DNA from: Bacteroidaceae bacterium
GTDB taxonomy: Bacteria > Bacteroidota > Bacteroidia > Bacteroidales > Barnesiellaceae_A
Direction: 5' to 3'
Assembly (NCBI GenBank): GCA_017410245.1
Contig: JAFQRE010000042.1
Span: 69,827 to 133,826, forward strand
DNA: 64,000 nucleotides
The notes beneath the pieces are model-generated. The model was not told the DNA's origin. It made no database searches and saw only the letters and a program-made list of their open reading frames with translations. Positions 1 through 8,642 of this stretch are shown here, piece by piece. How positions within the stretch are numbered: position 1 is the first letter of the stretch; each line of letters opens with the position of its first letter. Made by a program: the position numbers and the translations under genes.

Positions 1-962
1 CAGGAAAAACAAATATTGGATTAGCAATATTTGATATTGAATACCATTTAGCTCCATTGAAAGCAAAAAAAAGAGATTACTATGACAATTTCGTATATGC
101 AGGTGCAGTTAATGAGCCTGTAACCTTTGAATATACATTCAAGTTTGGTTCGCAAACAGTTGAATATATTTACTCAAAAAAGGAAAAGGGTATCTTCGTT
201 AGTGAAAAGCTTGTAGTTGATGGAGAAATGATTTTTAATAGAGAAAATAATCTGTTTACTATCACAACTAAATATTTCCCGAATGACGAAATAATTACAC
301 AGAATCTCAAAAATAGTGCCAACAATATTTCTGTTGTGAATTTCCTCCTAACATACTATCCTTTAGGGGCTGATAGTTACATTCTAAAAATGCAAGAATT
401 TGCAAACAAAATGTTGTGGTTTAGATGCCTTGATGTTAGAGAATTTATCGGTATAGAGACACAAGACAATGGCAACATTGAAGAATATTTTATCTCAAAT
501 GACTTAGTCCCGGAATTTTCTGAGTTTTTGGAAAATATAAGTAGTCAGAAATTTGATTTCATTACTCCTCAAAAAGGTGATAAACAATTATGGTATAAGG
601 TTGGAAACTCAGCGATATTATTCAATACAACAGTTTCAACAGGAACAAGAGCCTTAGAATTATTATTCTTTTGGTTGAAACGAATGAATGATGCTAAATT
701 TGTATTTATTGATGAATTTGACGCTTTTTATCATTTTGATCTTGCATTCAAGTTATGTAAATATATGTTTGAAATAGATTGCCAGATATTTCTATCTTCA
801 CACAATACATATTTGATGACAAATGATTTATTACGCCCTGATTGCAACTTCTTAATCAATGGAGAGAATATAAAAGCTCTGTGTGATTGTACTGATAAAG
901 ATTTGCGTTTTGGTCATAATATTGAAAAAATTTATAGAGCAGGGGCATTCTATGAAGAATAA
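1..962 (+). CDS. AAA/ABC-type ATPase, AbiLi/RloA-like; 5' end lies outside the window
   Basis: The frame is open from nt 3. Nt 3-56 translate GKTNIGLAIFDIEYHLAP (GKT is the end of a Walker A loop) and run into listed ORF 57..962. Walker-B-like FVFIDEFDAFYH and LSSHN follow. The stop (960-962) overlaps the ATG (952) of the next gene. Confidence 0.7.
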   Translation, partial: GKTNIGLAIFDIEYHLAPLKAKKRDYYDNFVYAGAVNEPVTFEYTFKFGSQTVEYIYSKKEKGIFVSEKLVVDGEMIFNRENNLFTITTKYFPNDEIITQNLKNSANNISVVNFLLTYYPLGADSYILKMQEFANKMLWFRCLDVREFIGIETQDNGNIEEYFISNDLVPEFSEFLENISSQKFDFITPQKGDKQLWYKVGNSAILFNTTVSTGTRALELLFFWLKRMNDAKFVFIDEFDAFYHFDLAFKLCKYMFEIDCQIFLSSHNTYLMTNDLLRPDCNFLINGENIKALCDCTDKDLRFGHNIEKIYRAGAFYEE

Positions 963-1746
963 GGCAAAAACATTGTTCATATTTGAGGGAGCAAGAACAG
1001 AACACAAATTTGTTGAGAAATTAGAATCTAATTTCTTGGGAGAGAAACATGCTATAAAGTGTGTCTACGATGCCGAAATTTACCAACTTTATCGAGCAAT
1101 AAAATCGGAAGGTAAATTCTTCTTTGATATAGTTGATTTACTCAAAGAACGAAGTGCTGAGAATGCAGAAGTTCTAAAAAATTATAATAGAGATAGTTTT
1201 GCATATATTTATCTGTTTTTTGACTATGATGCTCATTCTACTTTAGCCGATGACAATAAAATAATTGACATGTTATCATTCTTTAATGACGAAACTGGAA
1301 ATGGCATGCTTTATATAAGTTATCCGATGGTTGAAGCAATTCGACACTTTAAGGATATGGAAAGTTTTAAGGCATTAACCGTCAAATGTAAACGAAATAA
1401 TTGTCCTTACATTAATAATTGTGCCGAACAAAATGAATGTAAGAACGAGCCTCATTATAAGCAATTTGTTGCAAATGATAGCAAACCACAACTTTCTAAT
1501 TTAAATTCTTATACAACTTCCGTATGGAAAGAATTAATTACTGCACACTTATCAAAAGCAAATTATCTTGTAAATGACGTATTTTCTTTGCCTCTTTCAA
1601 CTATTGACCAAAATTCAATTTTCTCAAAACAATTAGAAAAACATATTAATAAAAAATGTCCTGAAGTTGCAGTTCTTAGTGCATTCCCTCTTTATGTATT
1701 AGATTACTATGGAAGTGAAGGAACAAGAAAGAAATTAAATCCTTAA
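952..1746 (+). CDS. RloB/AbiLii-like protein (Toprim-like partner of the ATPase)
   Basis: Uses an internal ATG of ORF 883..1746. The N-terminus MKNKAKTLFIFEGARTEHKF resembles the RloB-family xCEGxxTExxYF start. An FFDYD acidic motif and MLYISYPMVEAIRHF resemble the family SNPCFE-type block as I recall it. Translationally coupled to the upstream ATPase. Confidence 0.6.
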   Translation: MKNKAKTLFIFEGARTEHKFVEKLESNFLGEKHAIKCVYDAEIYQLYRAIKSEGKFFFDIVDLLKERSAENAEVLKNYNRDSFAYIYLFFDYDAHSTLADDNKIIDMLSFFNDETGNGMLYISYPMVEAIRHFKDMESFKALTVKCKRNNCPYINNCAEQNECKNEPHYKQFVANDSKPQLSNLNSYTTSVWKELITAHLSKANYLVNDVFSLPLSTIDQNSIFSKQLEKHINKKCPEVAVLSAFPLYVLDYYGSEGTRKKLNP

Positions 1747-2288
1747 TTAAAGGGATAAGAGTAAACTTATTTAGTTTTGATAATTATAGCATTAAATATT
1801 TAGGAGAACTTTGTTCTATCACAACAGGCAAACTTGACGCCAATGCTATGGTTGTAAACGGGAAATATCCATTCTTTACTTGCGCAGAAGAAACTTTTAG
1901 AATTGATGAATATGCTTTTGATACAGAAGCATTGTTAATTTCTGGCAATGGCGCAAATTTAGGTTATATTCATTACTGCAATGGTAAGTTTAATGCATAT
2001 CAACGAACTTATGTATTAGATAAATTCGCCATTGATGTAATGTATATTAAATATTATCTTGAAACATTCTTGATTAAACGCATAAATCAAGAAGTTAATG
2101 TAGGCAATACTCCATATATAGTGTTGTCTACTTTGACAAAAATGAGAATAAAAATACCCGATATCTTAATTCAGCAGAGGATTATTACAACAATAAAATC
2201 CCTCAAAGAAAAACTTTTAAACGAGAAATTAGCTCTTATAAAATACGAAGAGCAGAAAAAATTCCTGCTCTCCAATATGTTTATATAA
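1719..2288 (+). other. silent (start-less) hsdS half-cassette: alternative target-recognition domain plus C-terminal conserved helix
   Basis: The frame is open from 1719 with no ATG until 1848. It reads KSLIKGIRVNLFSFDNYSIKYLGELCSITTGKLDANAMVVNGKYPFFTC, a typical HsdS TRD entry. It ends KKFLLSNMFI, like the full hsdS (KAYLLRNLFI). There is no TRD1 and no start codon. Confidence 0.75.
1738..1757. repeat. left arm of a perfect 20-bp inverted repeat, AATCCTTAATTAAAGGGATA
   Basis: Read directly. The reverse complement occurs at 2818-2837. It encodes SLIKGI in the + cassette frame and contains the rloB-like stop codon (1744-1746). Confidence 0.85.
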
Positions 2289-3495
2289 ACAAGTTCCTTA
2301 ATAGATATGCTTTCTGCTTTTGATAGGCTGAAAGTATATCTTTTTCTTGTTTGAGTTTTGTCTCAATTTTGTTGATACCGTCAACTATGCCTACTTGCGT
2401 TTCTAATGGTAAAATAGGAACAATAAATTTTTCTAAATCTTTCTTTTGAATATTAGGCAAACCACTGCCTATTCTCAATGCCATTATTTCTTTCTCTCTT
2501 GCTTTCAGGTAGTGATATAAAAATAAATTGTGATATCCCTCTTTAATGTTTTGTAAAGTATAGCAATGACCACCACTCCAAAAAGGAACATTGTTATATT
2601 GAACATATCCACAAGAATTTCCACCCTCACTTATAGAGATTGTGTTTGCGTATGTATTATATCTATCGTAATAACCTGACGGCTCAATACCACCATTCAT
2701 TACATAATAATCTCCCAATTCAGATAGTTCTTCGCCATTTACTTGTTGACCTTTTTGTATCGTACAAACCGATGATAGTTTTTGATAATCTGAAATGTCC
2801 TCAAAAACTTTATCATATATCCCTTTAATTAAGGATTGTAGTTGTTGTATTATCTTGTTTTGGGTTGCAATACGAGAATCAAGTAAAGACAAGAAGTCCG
2901 CAATTTTCTTTTGCTCAGAATATGTAGGATATGCTATCTTTACTTGTTTAAGATGTTCTCCATATAAATGCACAACCGAGACTCCTTGAGCAACCTTTGC
3001 TATGTCAACTTTCCTTTTGCCATTTAATTGATAGGCGAAAAAACCTCCATTCTGATTTTTAAGCCTAATTATATTTAGGTCTCCACCTAATAAAATGCCA
3101 TTAAATGGTACACATCGAGCTGTAGAAATATCAATAGCAGTTTCACCTGAGCATGGAATTATCACATCGTTTTCTTTACTTTTAACCAAATTAGCTGCAT
3201 CTAATTCTGTTTTACTATAAACCTCTGAAATAATTTCCGAATTATATTTCGTATATAATTCACCATACAAAATACAATAAGTGCCATTTTCTGAAAGTTG
3301 GTCTTTTGATATACCCGAACCTTTAGAAATAGTTGCTACTTTTTGCAATTCTGTCAAACTCCATTCATCAGAATACTCACCAAATCTCAAATTGGGTACA
3401 TTAAGGTTTTTCAATCCTTGAATTTTCTCACGCTCGGCAAAATCGGAATGAATTTCGTTTTGCCCTCGCTTAATCGAAAAATTAAGGACTTCCAA
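2281..3495 (-). CDS. hsdS: type I restriction-modification specificity subunit HsdS (full length, two TRDs)
   Basis: 404 aa. It has the NLRFGEYSDEW entry motif, two variable TRDs, a central helix IADFLSLLDSRIATQNKIIQQLQSLIKGI and a C-terminal helix ending LLRNLFI. Its tail overlaps the silent cassette at TTATATAA. Confidence 0.85.
   Translation of the reverse strand: MEVLNFSIKRGQNEIHSDFAEREKIQGLKNLNVPNLRFGEYSDEWSLTELQKVATISKGSGISKDQLSENGTYCILYGELYTKYNSEIISEVYSKTELDAANLVKSKENDVIIPCSGETAIDISTARCVPFNGILLGGDLNIIRLKNQNGGFFAYQLNGKRKVDIAKVAQGVSVVHLYGEHLKQVKIAYPTYSEQKKIADFLSLLDSRIATQNKIIQQLQSLIKGIYDKVFEDISDYQKLSSVCTIQKGQQVNGEELSELGDYYVMNGGIEPSGYYDRYNTYANTISISEGGNSCGYVQYNNVPFWSGGHCYTLQNIKEGYHNLFLYHYLKAREKEIMALRIGSGLPNIQKKDLEKFIVPILPLETQVGIVDGINKIETKLKQEKDILSAYQKQKAYLLRNLFI
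2818..2837. repeat. right arm of the 20-bp inverted repeat (TATCCCTTTAATTAAGGATT on the + strand)
   Basis: Exact reverse complement of 1738-1757. It lies in the central conserved helix (QSLIKGIYDKVF) of the minus-strand hsdS. Confidence 0.85.
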
Positions 3496-3531
3496 TCCGT
3501 AAATTATAAATGTACTATAAACATTTAGAAT

Positions 3532-4461
3532 ATGACGGAAATAGAATCATTTAGAGAAATTTCCTCTCTTTGGAAAGAGGAAAAACGAAAGTATGTAAAA
3601 CTTTCAACCATTTCAGCCTATGCAATTATCCTTGAAAATCATCTTTTACCAACTTTTGGCGATAAGACAAAAGTTATAGAAGAAAATGATGTGCAAGAGT
3701 TTGTTTTTGACAAACTGAATGCAGGGCTAAGTCAAAAATCAGTAAAAGATTTTATGATTGTGCTGAAAATGGTCTATCGTTTTGGTGTAAAAATTGGAGC
3801 AATGGAACATCGTGAATGGGATATAAAATATCCAATTACACAAGAACGGACAAGTATTGAGGTGTTGAGCGTTGCTAATCACCGTAAATTAGTAAACTTT
3901 GTTGCCGAAAATTTCACATTTCGCAATCTCGGAATTTTGCTTTGCCTACATACAGGAATGCGTATCGGCGAAGTTTGTGCTTTGAAATGGGAAGATATTG
4001 ATATAGCACAAGGCATAATCAATGTAAAACGAACCATTGAACGCATTTACATTATTGAAAATGGAGAACGACGAACAGAACTAATCATTTCAACACCTAA
4101 AACGCAAAATTCAATTAGAGAAATACCACTTTCAAAGGAACTCATAAAAGTGATAAAGCCGTTGAAGAAAGTTGTTAATGACACCTTCTTTGTGCTTACT
4201 AACGAAAGCAAGCCTACCGAACCAAGAACATATCGCAATTATTATAAATCGGTTTTACAAAACCTCAAAATTCCTCTCTTGAAATTTCATGGTTTGCGAC
4301 ATAGTTTTGCCACTCGCTGCATTGAAAGCCAATGCGACTATAAAACGGTGAGCGTAATTTTGGGACACGCTAATATAAGCACAACCCTAAACTTATATGT
4401 TCACCCAAACCTTGAACAAAAAAAGCGTTGTATTGACAAGATGACAAAATTATTGAAATAA
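3532..4461 (+). CDS. tyrosine site-specific recombinase (XerC/D-like, shufflon-type)
   Basis: 309 aa. Catalytic-type motifs are HTGMRIGE (Arg), HGLRHSFAT (His-x-x-Arg) and LGHANISTTLNLYVH (His and Tyr). It is divergent from hsdS with a 36-bp spacer. Confidence 0.85.
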   Translation: MTEIESFREISSLWKEEKRKYVKLSTISAYAIILENHLLPTFGDKTKVIEENDVQEFVFDKLNAGLSQKSVKDFMIVLKMVYRFGVKIGAMEHREWDIKYPITQERTSIEVLSVANHRKLVNFVAENFTFRNLGILLCLHTGMRIGEVCALKWEDIDIAQGIINVKRTIERIYIIENGERRTELIISTPKTQNSIREIPLSKELIKVIKPLKKVVNDTFFVLTNESKPTEPRTYRNYYKSVLQNLKIPLLKFHGLRHSFATRCIESQCDYKTVSVILGHANISTTLNLYVHPNLEQKKRCIDKMTKLLK

Positions 4462-4937
4462 CTATCTTTTACGATAGACATACTTTGATGTGCCGTTGAT
4501 TCTTGGCTTTGGCTGTTCTATCGATCGCAACCGACTTCGGTAAACATAGTTTAATCCTCATATAAGACCACTTGGTTTTGACTCTCACAAGGAGCGAGCC
4601 GAGTGGCTTTTCTTTTATCGTTATCGGGCAATTCAACACTGCTCGATGTTCCATTACTATGTCTTATTTTACAGCTTGATTTGATGATACAATGGCTGTC
4701 GCTTTTCGTCACACTTTGATATTTCACTACGCAAAGTTCGGGTATCATTCACTACACAAGGACACTGCAAGTTATCCGAAATTTCTCCAGCCCTAAAGGG
4801 TAGTAAATTATCTGAGATAATCCTTGATGTTTAACGGCAGATGTGTCACTGCCTGTTCACTTGCATACCCACTTGGTTGCGCGTAAAAATCAAGTGCGAA
4901 AGCACATTATTGTTAAATCATTAAATCGTAAAATAAT

Positions 4938-5171
4938 ATGACACATTCAGTTCAAACATCGGTAATGAATCTTGGTTTCGATAACAATTCAGTGAATAAT
5001 CGCTCTCGCTTTAATCCTCGTGCGATGAAGTTTTACCAAGTGGATATTGAGGATTTTGACAATGAAGTTTACTCTTACGAAGTCGAAGCTCGCAATGATG
5101 AAGAAGCAGCTCTCAAAGCCGAAGAATTGTTCAATGGCGACATCTATACAATGTATGTCTATCTGATGTAA
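4938..5171 (+). CDS. small hypothetical protein (may start at ATG 5025, 48 aa)
   Basis: The ORF is followed 27 nt later by a hairpin plus T-run terminator. The acidic C-terminal part is MKFYQVDIEDFDNEVYSYEVEARNDEEAALKAEELF. No family recognised. Confidence 0.35.
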   Translation: MTHSVQTSVMNLGFDNNSVNNRSRFNPRAMKFYQVDIEDFDNEVYSYEVEARNDEEAALKAEELFNGDIYTMYVYLM

Positions 5172-5197
5172 AAGATAGATATTCACACCTTCTCAAA

Positions 5198-5229
5198 GGT
5201 GCTTGCTTCAAGCAAGTGCCTTTTCTTTT
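5198..5229 (+). terminator. rho-independent terminator
   Basis: GGTGCTTGC-ttcaa-GCAAGTGCC forms a 9-bp stem with two G-T pairs, followed by TTTTCTTTT. Confidence 0.6.
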
Positions 5230-5333
5230 GTTCAACCCGGTCAGTCGCACATCATTTCTCGCACCATTCATTCTGCCGTTTGCCTTATCGATTGCTCTGC
5301 TTTCTATTGCTGATTGAGTGCATTTTTCTTCCA

Positions 5334-5341
5334 TACTTTTG
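5334..5341 (+). promoter_or_regulatory. Bacteroides-type -7 box TACTTTTG
   Basis: Matches the TAnnTTTG consensus. It faces an approximately 850-nt ORF-free stretch that ends at the ATG at 6196. Confidence 0.35.
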
Positions 5342-6195
5342 ATTGGGATTCTTTTCCATTTCCAAACCCATTACTCGGTGGCTGATTTGTGTCAAGGAGA
5401 TTACTATTGTCGCAACTCCATTTCTACTTTGTCGCTCCAAAATCAAGATCATCTTTTGTGGCTAATATCCGTTATATAGTGTATGATTGTTCTTCGTCTA
5501 TCGGGCAACGCTGTGCCGGGAGCATTTTCGCTATCCGAACTACGGTCATCACTCTGCAATAGTGCCACTTTTCGCCTCTATATCGTCGCTTATTCTGCCA
5601 CTCGATTTTGTATTAGTATTCTATTGTTCTACTATGATTTCATCGCCACAATCGTGTTGGCACACTCTTCTTTGCTACGGCTGAATTTATCTTTGATGAT
5701 TGGCATCGCTTTCTTGGGGTACTTATCGGACAACCTTGCTGATCTGCCCACGGCCCATTGTCGGCTCAATATTCTTTCGGTCGTAATACCACACCTTTGA
5801 GTGTTATCCTTTACGCAACGCTCCTTGATACCTCGAATTTTCTCCGTTCGATTGAAGCCACTCGTAGCCACATTCCACACTTGCTCTTGTAGGCATTGTT
5901 AGCGCAGCTTTTTACTTTGACGCTACACATCTGAATACATCTGCAACACTAACTTTTTGTGCCGATTTTGATACACTGCTCCGTGCTGTTGCGATATAAG
6001 AAATTCACCGAGCGAAGTTAGCATGCCGTTCCGGGCAAAAGGACAAGACAAGTTTACAGAAAAATCTTCCTCTTGCAGAGAGTATTGTTTGCAGTAAATC
6101 CTTGTGCCTTATCTACACTTGACGCATGCCCTGATTTGCTCGTAAATTTTAATCGCTCTCAGCGAACAGTTTTTAATCTCAAAATCTCAAAAGTT
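5342..6195 (+). other. ORF-free pyrimidine-skewed segment (long leader, ncRNA or decayed genes)
   Basis: No credible ORF on either strand. In four sampled 60-nt lines I counted 55-68% pyrimidines on the + strand. Confidence 0.3.
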
Positions 6196-6540
6196 ATGTC
6201 AAAGACAGTTGCAAATTCAGAAGTTAAAGTAGCTAGCAAGAAAAGCTCACGCAAGGCTAAAGCCGAGCCACAAGTTGAAGTAAAAGTGGAAGAAGTGGCA
6301 GTGGTTAAATCGGAAAATTCTGAAGTGGTATCTTCAAAGAAGCTCATCTGCGTAAAGCCCTCATTCGGTCGCTGGTATGTTTACTTCCGTGGCGTGAAGC
6401 CCGAAGACAATGTGGGCTGTGGTTGCAAAACAGCTAAATCGGCTATCCGATACATGATGTACCTCAAGAAAAATCACGATGCCGAAATCTATAACAAAGA
6501 TTATCAAATTCTTAAAGCCGAAGCAGCAAAGGAGGCGTAA
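6196..6540 (+). CDS. hypothetical phage-element protein (114 aa)
   Basis: Uses an internal ATG of ORF 6073..6540 (MSKTVANSEVKV...). It has a Lys/Glu/Val-rich N-terminus and then FGRWYVYFRGVKPEDNVGCGCKTAKSAIRYMMYLK. No family recognised. Confidence 0.5.
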   Translation: MSKTVANSEVKVASKKSSRKAKAEPQVEVKVEEVAVVKSENSEVVSSKKLICVKPSFGRWYVYFRGVKPEDNVGCGCKTAKSAIRYMMYLKKNHDAEIYNKDYQILKAEAAKEA

Positions 6541-6589
6541 GCCTCTTTTGCCCTTTGTGGCTATTGTTTCACAATAAAATCACAGAACA

Positions 6590-6793
6590 ATGAACGAATA
6601 CAAAGTTTACACAAAATCATGTTACTGGATAATTTATGCCGATGACGATGTAGAGGCAATGAGAAAAGCACTATGGTTTTGCTGGAGAGATGAAGAAGAG
6701 TTCGTAAAGATAGTACGCGAAAATTATCACTCTCCCTACACACTACGCATTGCCGTAATAGACAATAAAACATTTGAATCATACACAATATAA
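6590..6793 (+). CDS. hypothetical small protein (67 aa)
   Basis: Co-directional ORF in the small-gene cluster. No motif recognised. Confidence 0.4.
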   Translation: MNEYKVYTKSCYWIIYADDDVEAMRKALWFCWRDEEEFVKIVRENYHSPYTLRIAVIDNKTFESYTI

Positions 6794-6804
6794 AATCACA
6801 GATT

Positions 6805-7008
6805 ATGGAATTAGACAAATTCACAAAAGAAGAGCTTGACGAACTTTTTGAAGCGTCGTTCAAAGTCAAAGAAATTATGGAGAGATACGACAATTGGCGT
6901 AATCTCATACTTGACAATCAAATCTATCGCCACAATTTCCTGCTCGTGCAGTTGGTAATGGGTGAATGGAAGAAAAGAATCTTATCACCAATCAAAAAAT
7001 CAGAATGA
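6805..7008 (+). CDS. hypothetical small protein, paralog of the next gene
   Basis: N-terminus MELDKFTKEELDELFEASFKVKEIMERY. The stop TGA (7006-7008) overlaps the next ATG (7005). Confidence 0.5.
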   Translation: MELDKFTKEELDELFEASFKVKEIMERYDNWRNLILDNQIYRHNFLLVQLVMGEWKKRILSPIKKSE

Positions 7009-7220
7009 TTATGGAATACTACAAATTCACTGAAGATGAATTGGACGAAATGTTCACTCTCGCAATGAAAATCGTCAGTCGTATCAAAGAACATTACGCT
7101 GATGACGAAGATTATCTTCATCAAATAGATGAATTTACTGTTCTCAACACATTCGCTTATAATTGCTATTACGCGATGTCGAGAAAGTACAAAATGAGAA
7201 CACAGAAAGCTCCCGAATAG
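7005..7220 (+). CDS. hypothetical small protein, paralog of the previous gene
   Basis: Internal ATG of ORF 6966..7220 gives MIMEYYKFTEDELDEMFTLAMKIVSRIKEHY. ATGA coupling to the previous gene. The terminator hairpin spans its stop codon. Confidence 0.5.
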   Translation: MIMEYYKFTEDELDEMFTLAMKIVSRIKEHYADDEDYLHQIDEFTVLNTFAYNCYYAMSRKYKMRTQKAPE

Positions 7221-7235
7221 TCGGGAGTTTCTTTC
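7210..7235 (+). terminator. rho-independent terminator
   Basis: CTCCCGA-atag-TCGGGAG followed by TTTCTTTC. The TAG stop of the preceding ORF lies in the loop. Confidence 0.6.
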
Positions 7236-7335
7236 TCAATTCTCTCTTTAAGGCAGTCGAAAGATTGCCTTAAATTGTGTCTTTTAATACTCGCTGTCGT
7301 CGCCGTAACTTCGTGGTAAATAAAACTTATTTACT

Positions 7336-8397
7336 ATGGCAACAAGTTTAATTACTGAAATTCCAATTTTTGTATTCTCGTCGCAGATTGGCGACATCGA
7401 ACTATCTACCGACCAGGCAAAAATCGAAATCGTGGTGGAAGACGGCTTGACAAAGATGTTCAAGACAATGCTCTATGCCTATAATGGAAAGGTGTCGATT
7501 GTCAATATCGGCGAGGTGCTGGAAAATTATATGGTGGCCAACGGCAAGGTCTTTACCGCTTTCACGGTATATTACAACACTGCCGAGGGTGCTTATATCG
7601 GTCAGTTCAATCTCAATACTCAGTATTGCTCGCTGAAACTTGACACGAATCCTGCATTGTTTGGCTCATATAATTTCCTATCGACATTGACAGCGAAGCG
7701 TGTGCCGAGAAATGCCATTGATTATATATGGCTACTTCACGGACAGGATAGTGGCGAGGTAAAGGCTCATTGCGTATATGAACAGGAGAATGGCGAAGTC
7801 GCCAACAAGACTGTTACGATGCGTAGGTTGATAACCGACGACCTGGGCGTTACGCAGATCATCATCAATCAATCGCAACTGCTCATGCTATTGCGTAGTG
7901 GTGGAGCAAGTGTGTCTAAACTGTTATCGTTTGCGATAGAGTTCAACAACCGATATTTCACTTATTATGTCACGGACAAAGAAGCCGATGCGTCGTTTGT
8001 TTTCAAAAACTGCTTTAATGTGGACGAGATAGCATATTTCAATGCTATCACTACCACTACAACAAAGGTCAATCGCTCTACGGCAGTGGTAGGTGGACGG
8101 CATTTGTTCTACGACCAATCGGTGGATAAAACCTACGAAGTCGAGTCAGCTCCATTGACAAGCGATGAAGCCTATTGGGTAGAACAACTGCTAATGTCGC
8201 ATTCCGTAAGGCTGAATGACACACTGCATGATGTCATTATTACCGACAGCACTTGCGAAATTAGCGACAACGATGAACAACTTAACAAGGTTAAGTTTAC
8301 TTGGCAGTTTGCAATGAAAACGCCACATCTAATGAAATCGTTCCGTGAGGACACTAACGGAATATTTACCGAACCTTATAATCAAACATTTAACTAA
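7336..8397 (+). CDS. phage-element structural-module protein, function unknown (353 aa)
   Basis: First large ORF of the packed + strand module. It has a TAATG 1-nt overlap with the next ORF. No nameable motif. Confidence 0.6.
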   Translation: MATSLITEIPIFVFSSQIGDIELSTDQAKIEIVVEDGLTKMFKTMLYAYNGKVSIVNIGEVLENYMVANGKVFTAFTVYYNTAEGAYIGQFNLNTQYCSLKLDTNPALFGSYNFLSTLTAKRVPRNAIDYIWLLHGQDSGEVKAHCVYEQENGEVANKTVTMRRLITDDLGVTQIIINQSQLLMLLRSGGASVSKLLSFAIEFNNRYFTYYVTDKEADASFVFKNCFNVDEIAYFNAITTTTTKVNRSTAVVGGRHLFYDQSVDKTYEVESAPLTSDEAYWVEQLLMSHSVRLNDTLHDVIITDSTCEISDNDEQLNKVKFTWQFAMKTPHLMKSFREDTNGIFTEPYNQTFN

Positions 8398-8630
8398 TGG
8401 CTAATTCTGTACACATAAGCACGCTACGGAAAATGCTTCAAGCCGGCGACCCTGTAAACATATCGCTTTGGACGAAAGACGGTCAAATACAGCACTGGAA
8501 TAATTGTATTCCGCTTCGATATGATTTCTATAAGGGTGTGCGTCGTATGAAACTCCTTACAAGCCGACAAATACGCCAAGTGCGTGATGTCTGCATTTTC
8601 CGTATCAATGGAATGGAAGTATTCTTATAA
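8397..8630 (+). CDS. hypothetical phage-element protein (77 aa)
   Basis: Coupled to the upstream ORF, same strand. No motif recognised. Confidence 0.45.
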   Translation: MANSVHISTLRKMLQAGDPVNISLWTKDGQIQHWNNCIPLRYDFYKGVRRMKLLTSRQIRQVRDVCIFRINGMEVFL

Positions 8631-8642
8631 ATCTCATATACT

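Noticed and set aside
4791-4800. Palindromic CCCTAAAGGG occurs at 4791-4800 and again at 15477-15486
   Set aside because: It is a short, self-complementary 10-mer with only two copies and no shared context beyond (T)AGTAA.
5621-5656. CTATTGTTCT followed by CCACA(A)TCGTG is shared between 5621-5656 and 15498-15525, which could hint that the two ORF-free regions are paralogous RNAs
   Set aside because: One 10-mer match between regions of about 1 kb and 0.6 kb is roughly what chance predicts. The flanking sequence does not align by eye. It is worth a proper alignment but is not evidence on its own.
5483-5880. Possible stop-codon reassignment (TAG recoding as in some gut phages) hiding genes in the ORF-free region
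   Set aside because: I followed minus-strand ORF 5632..5880 past its stop. It gives TAG, TAG, and then TAA within 14 codons, so no single reassigned codon restores a long frame.
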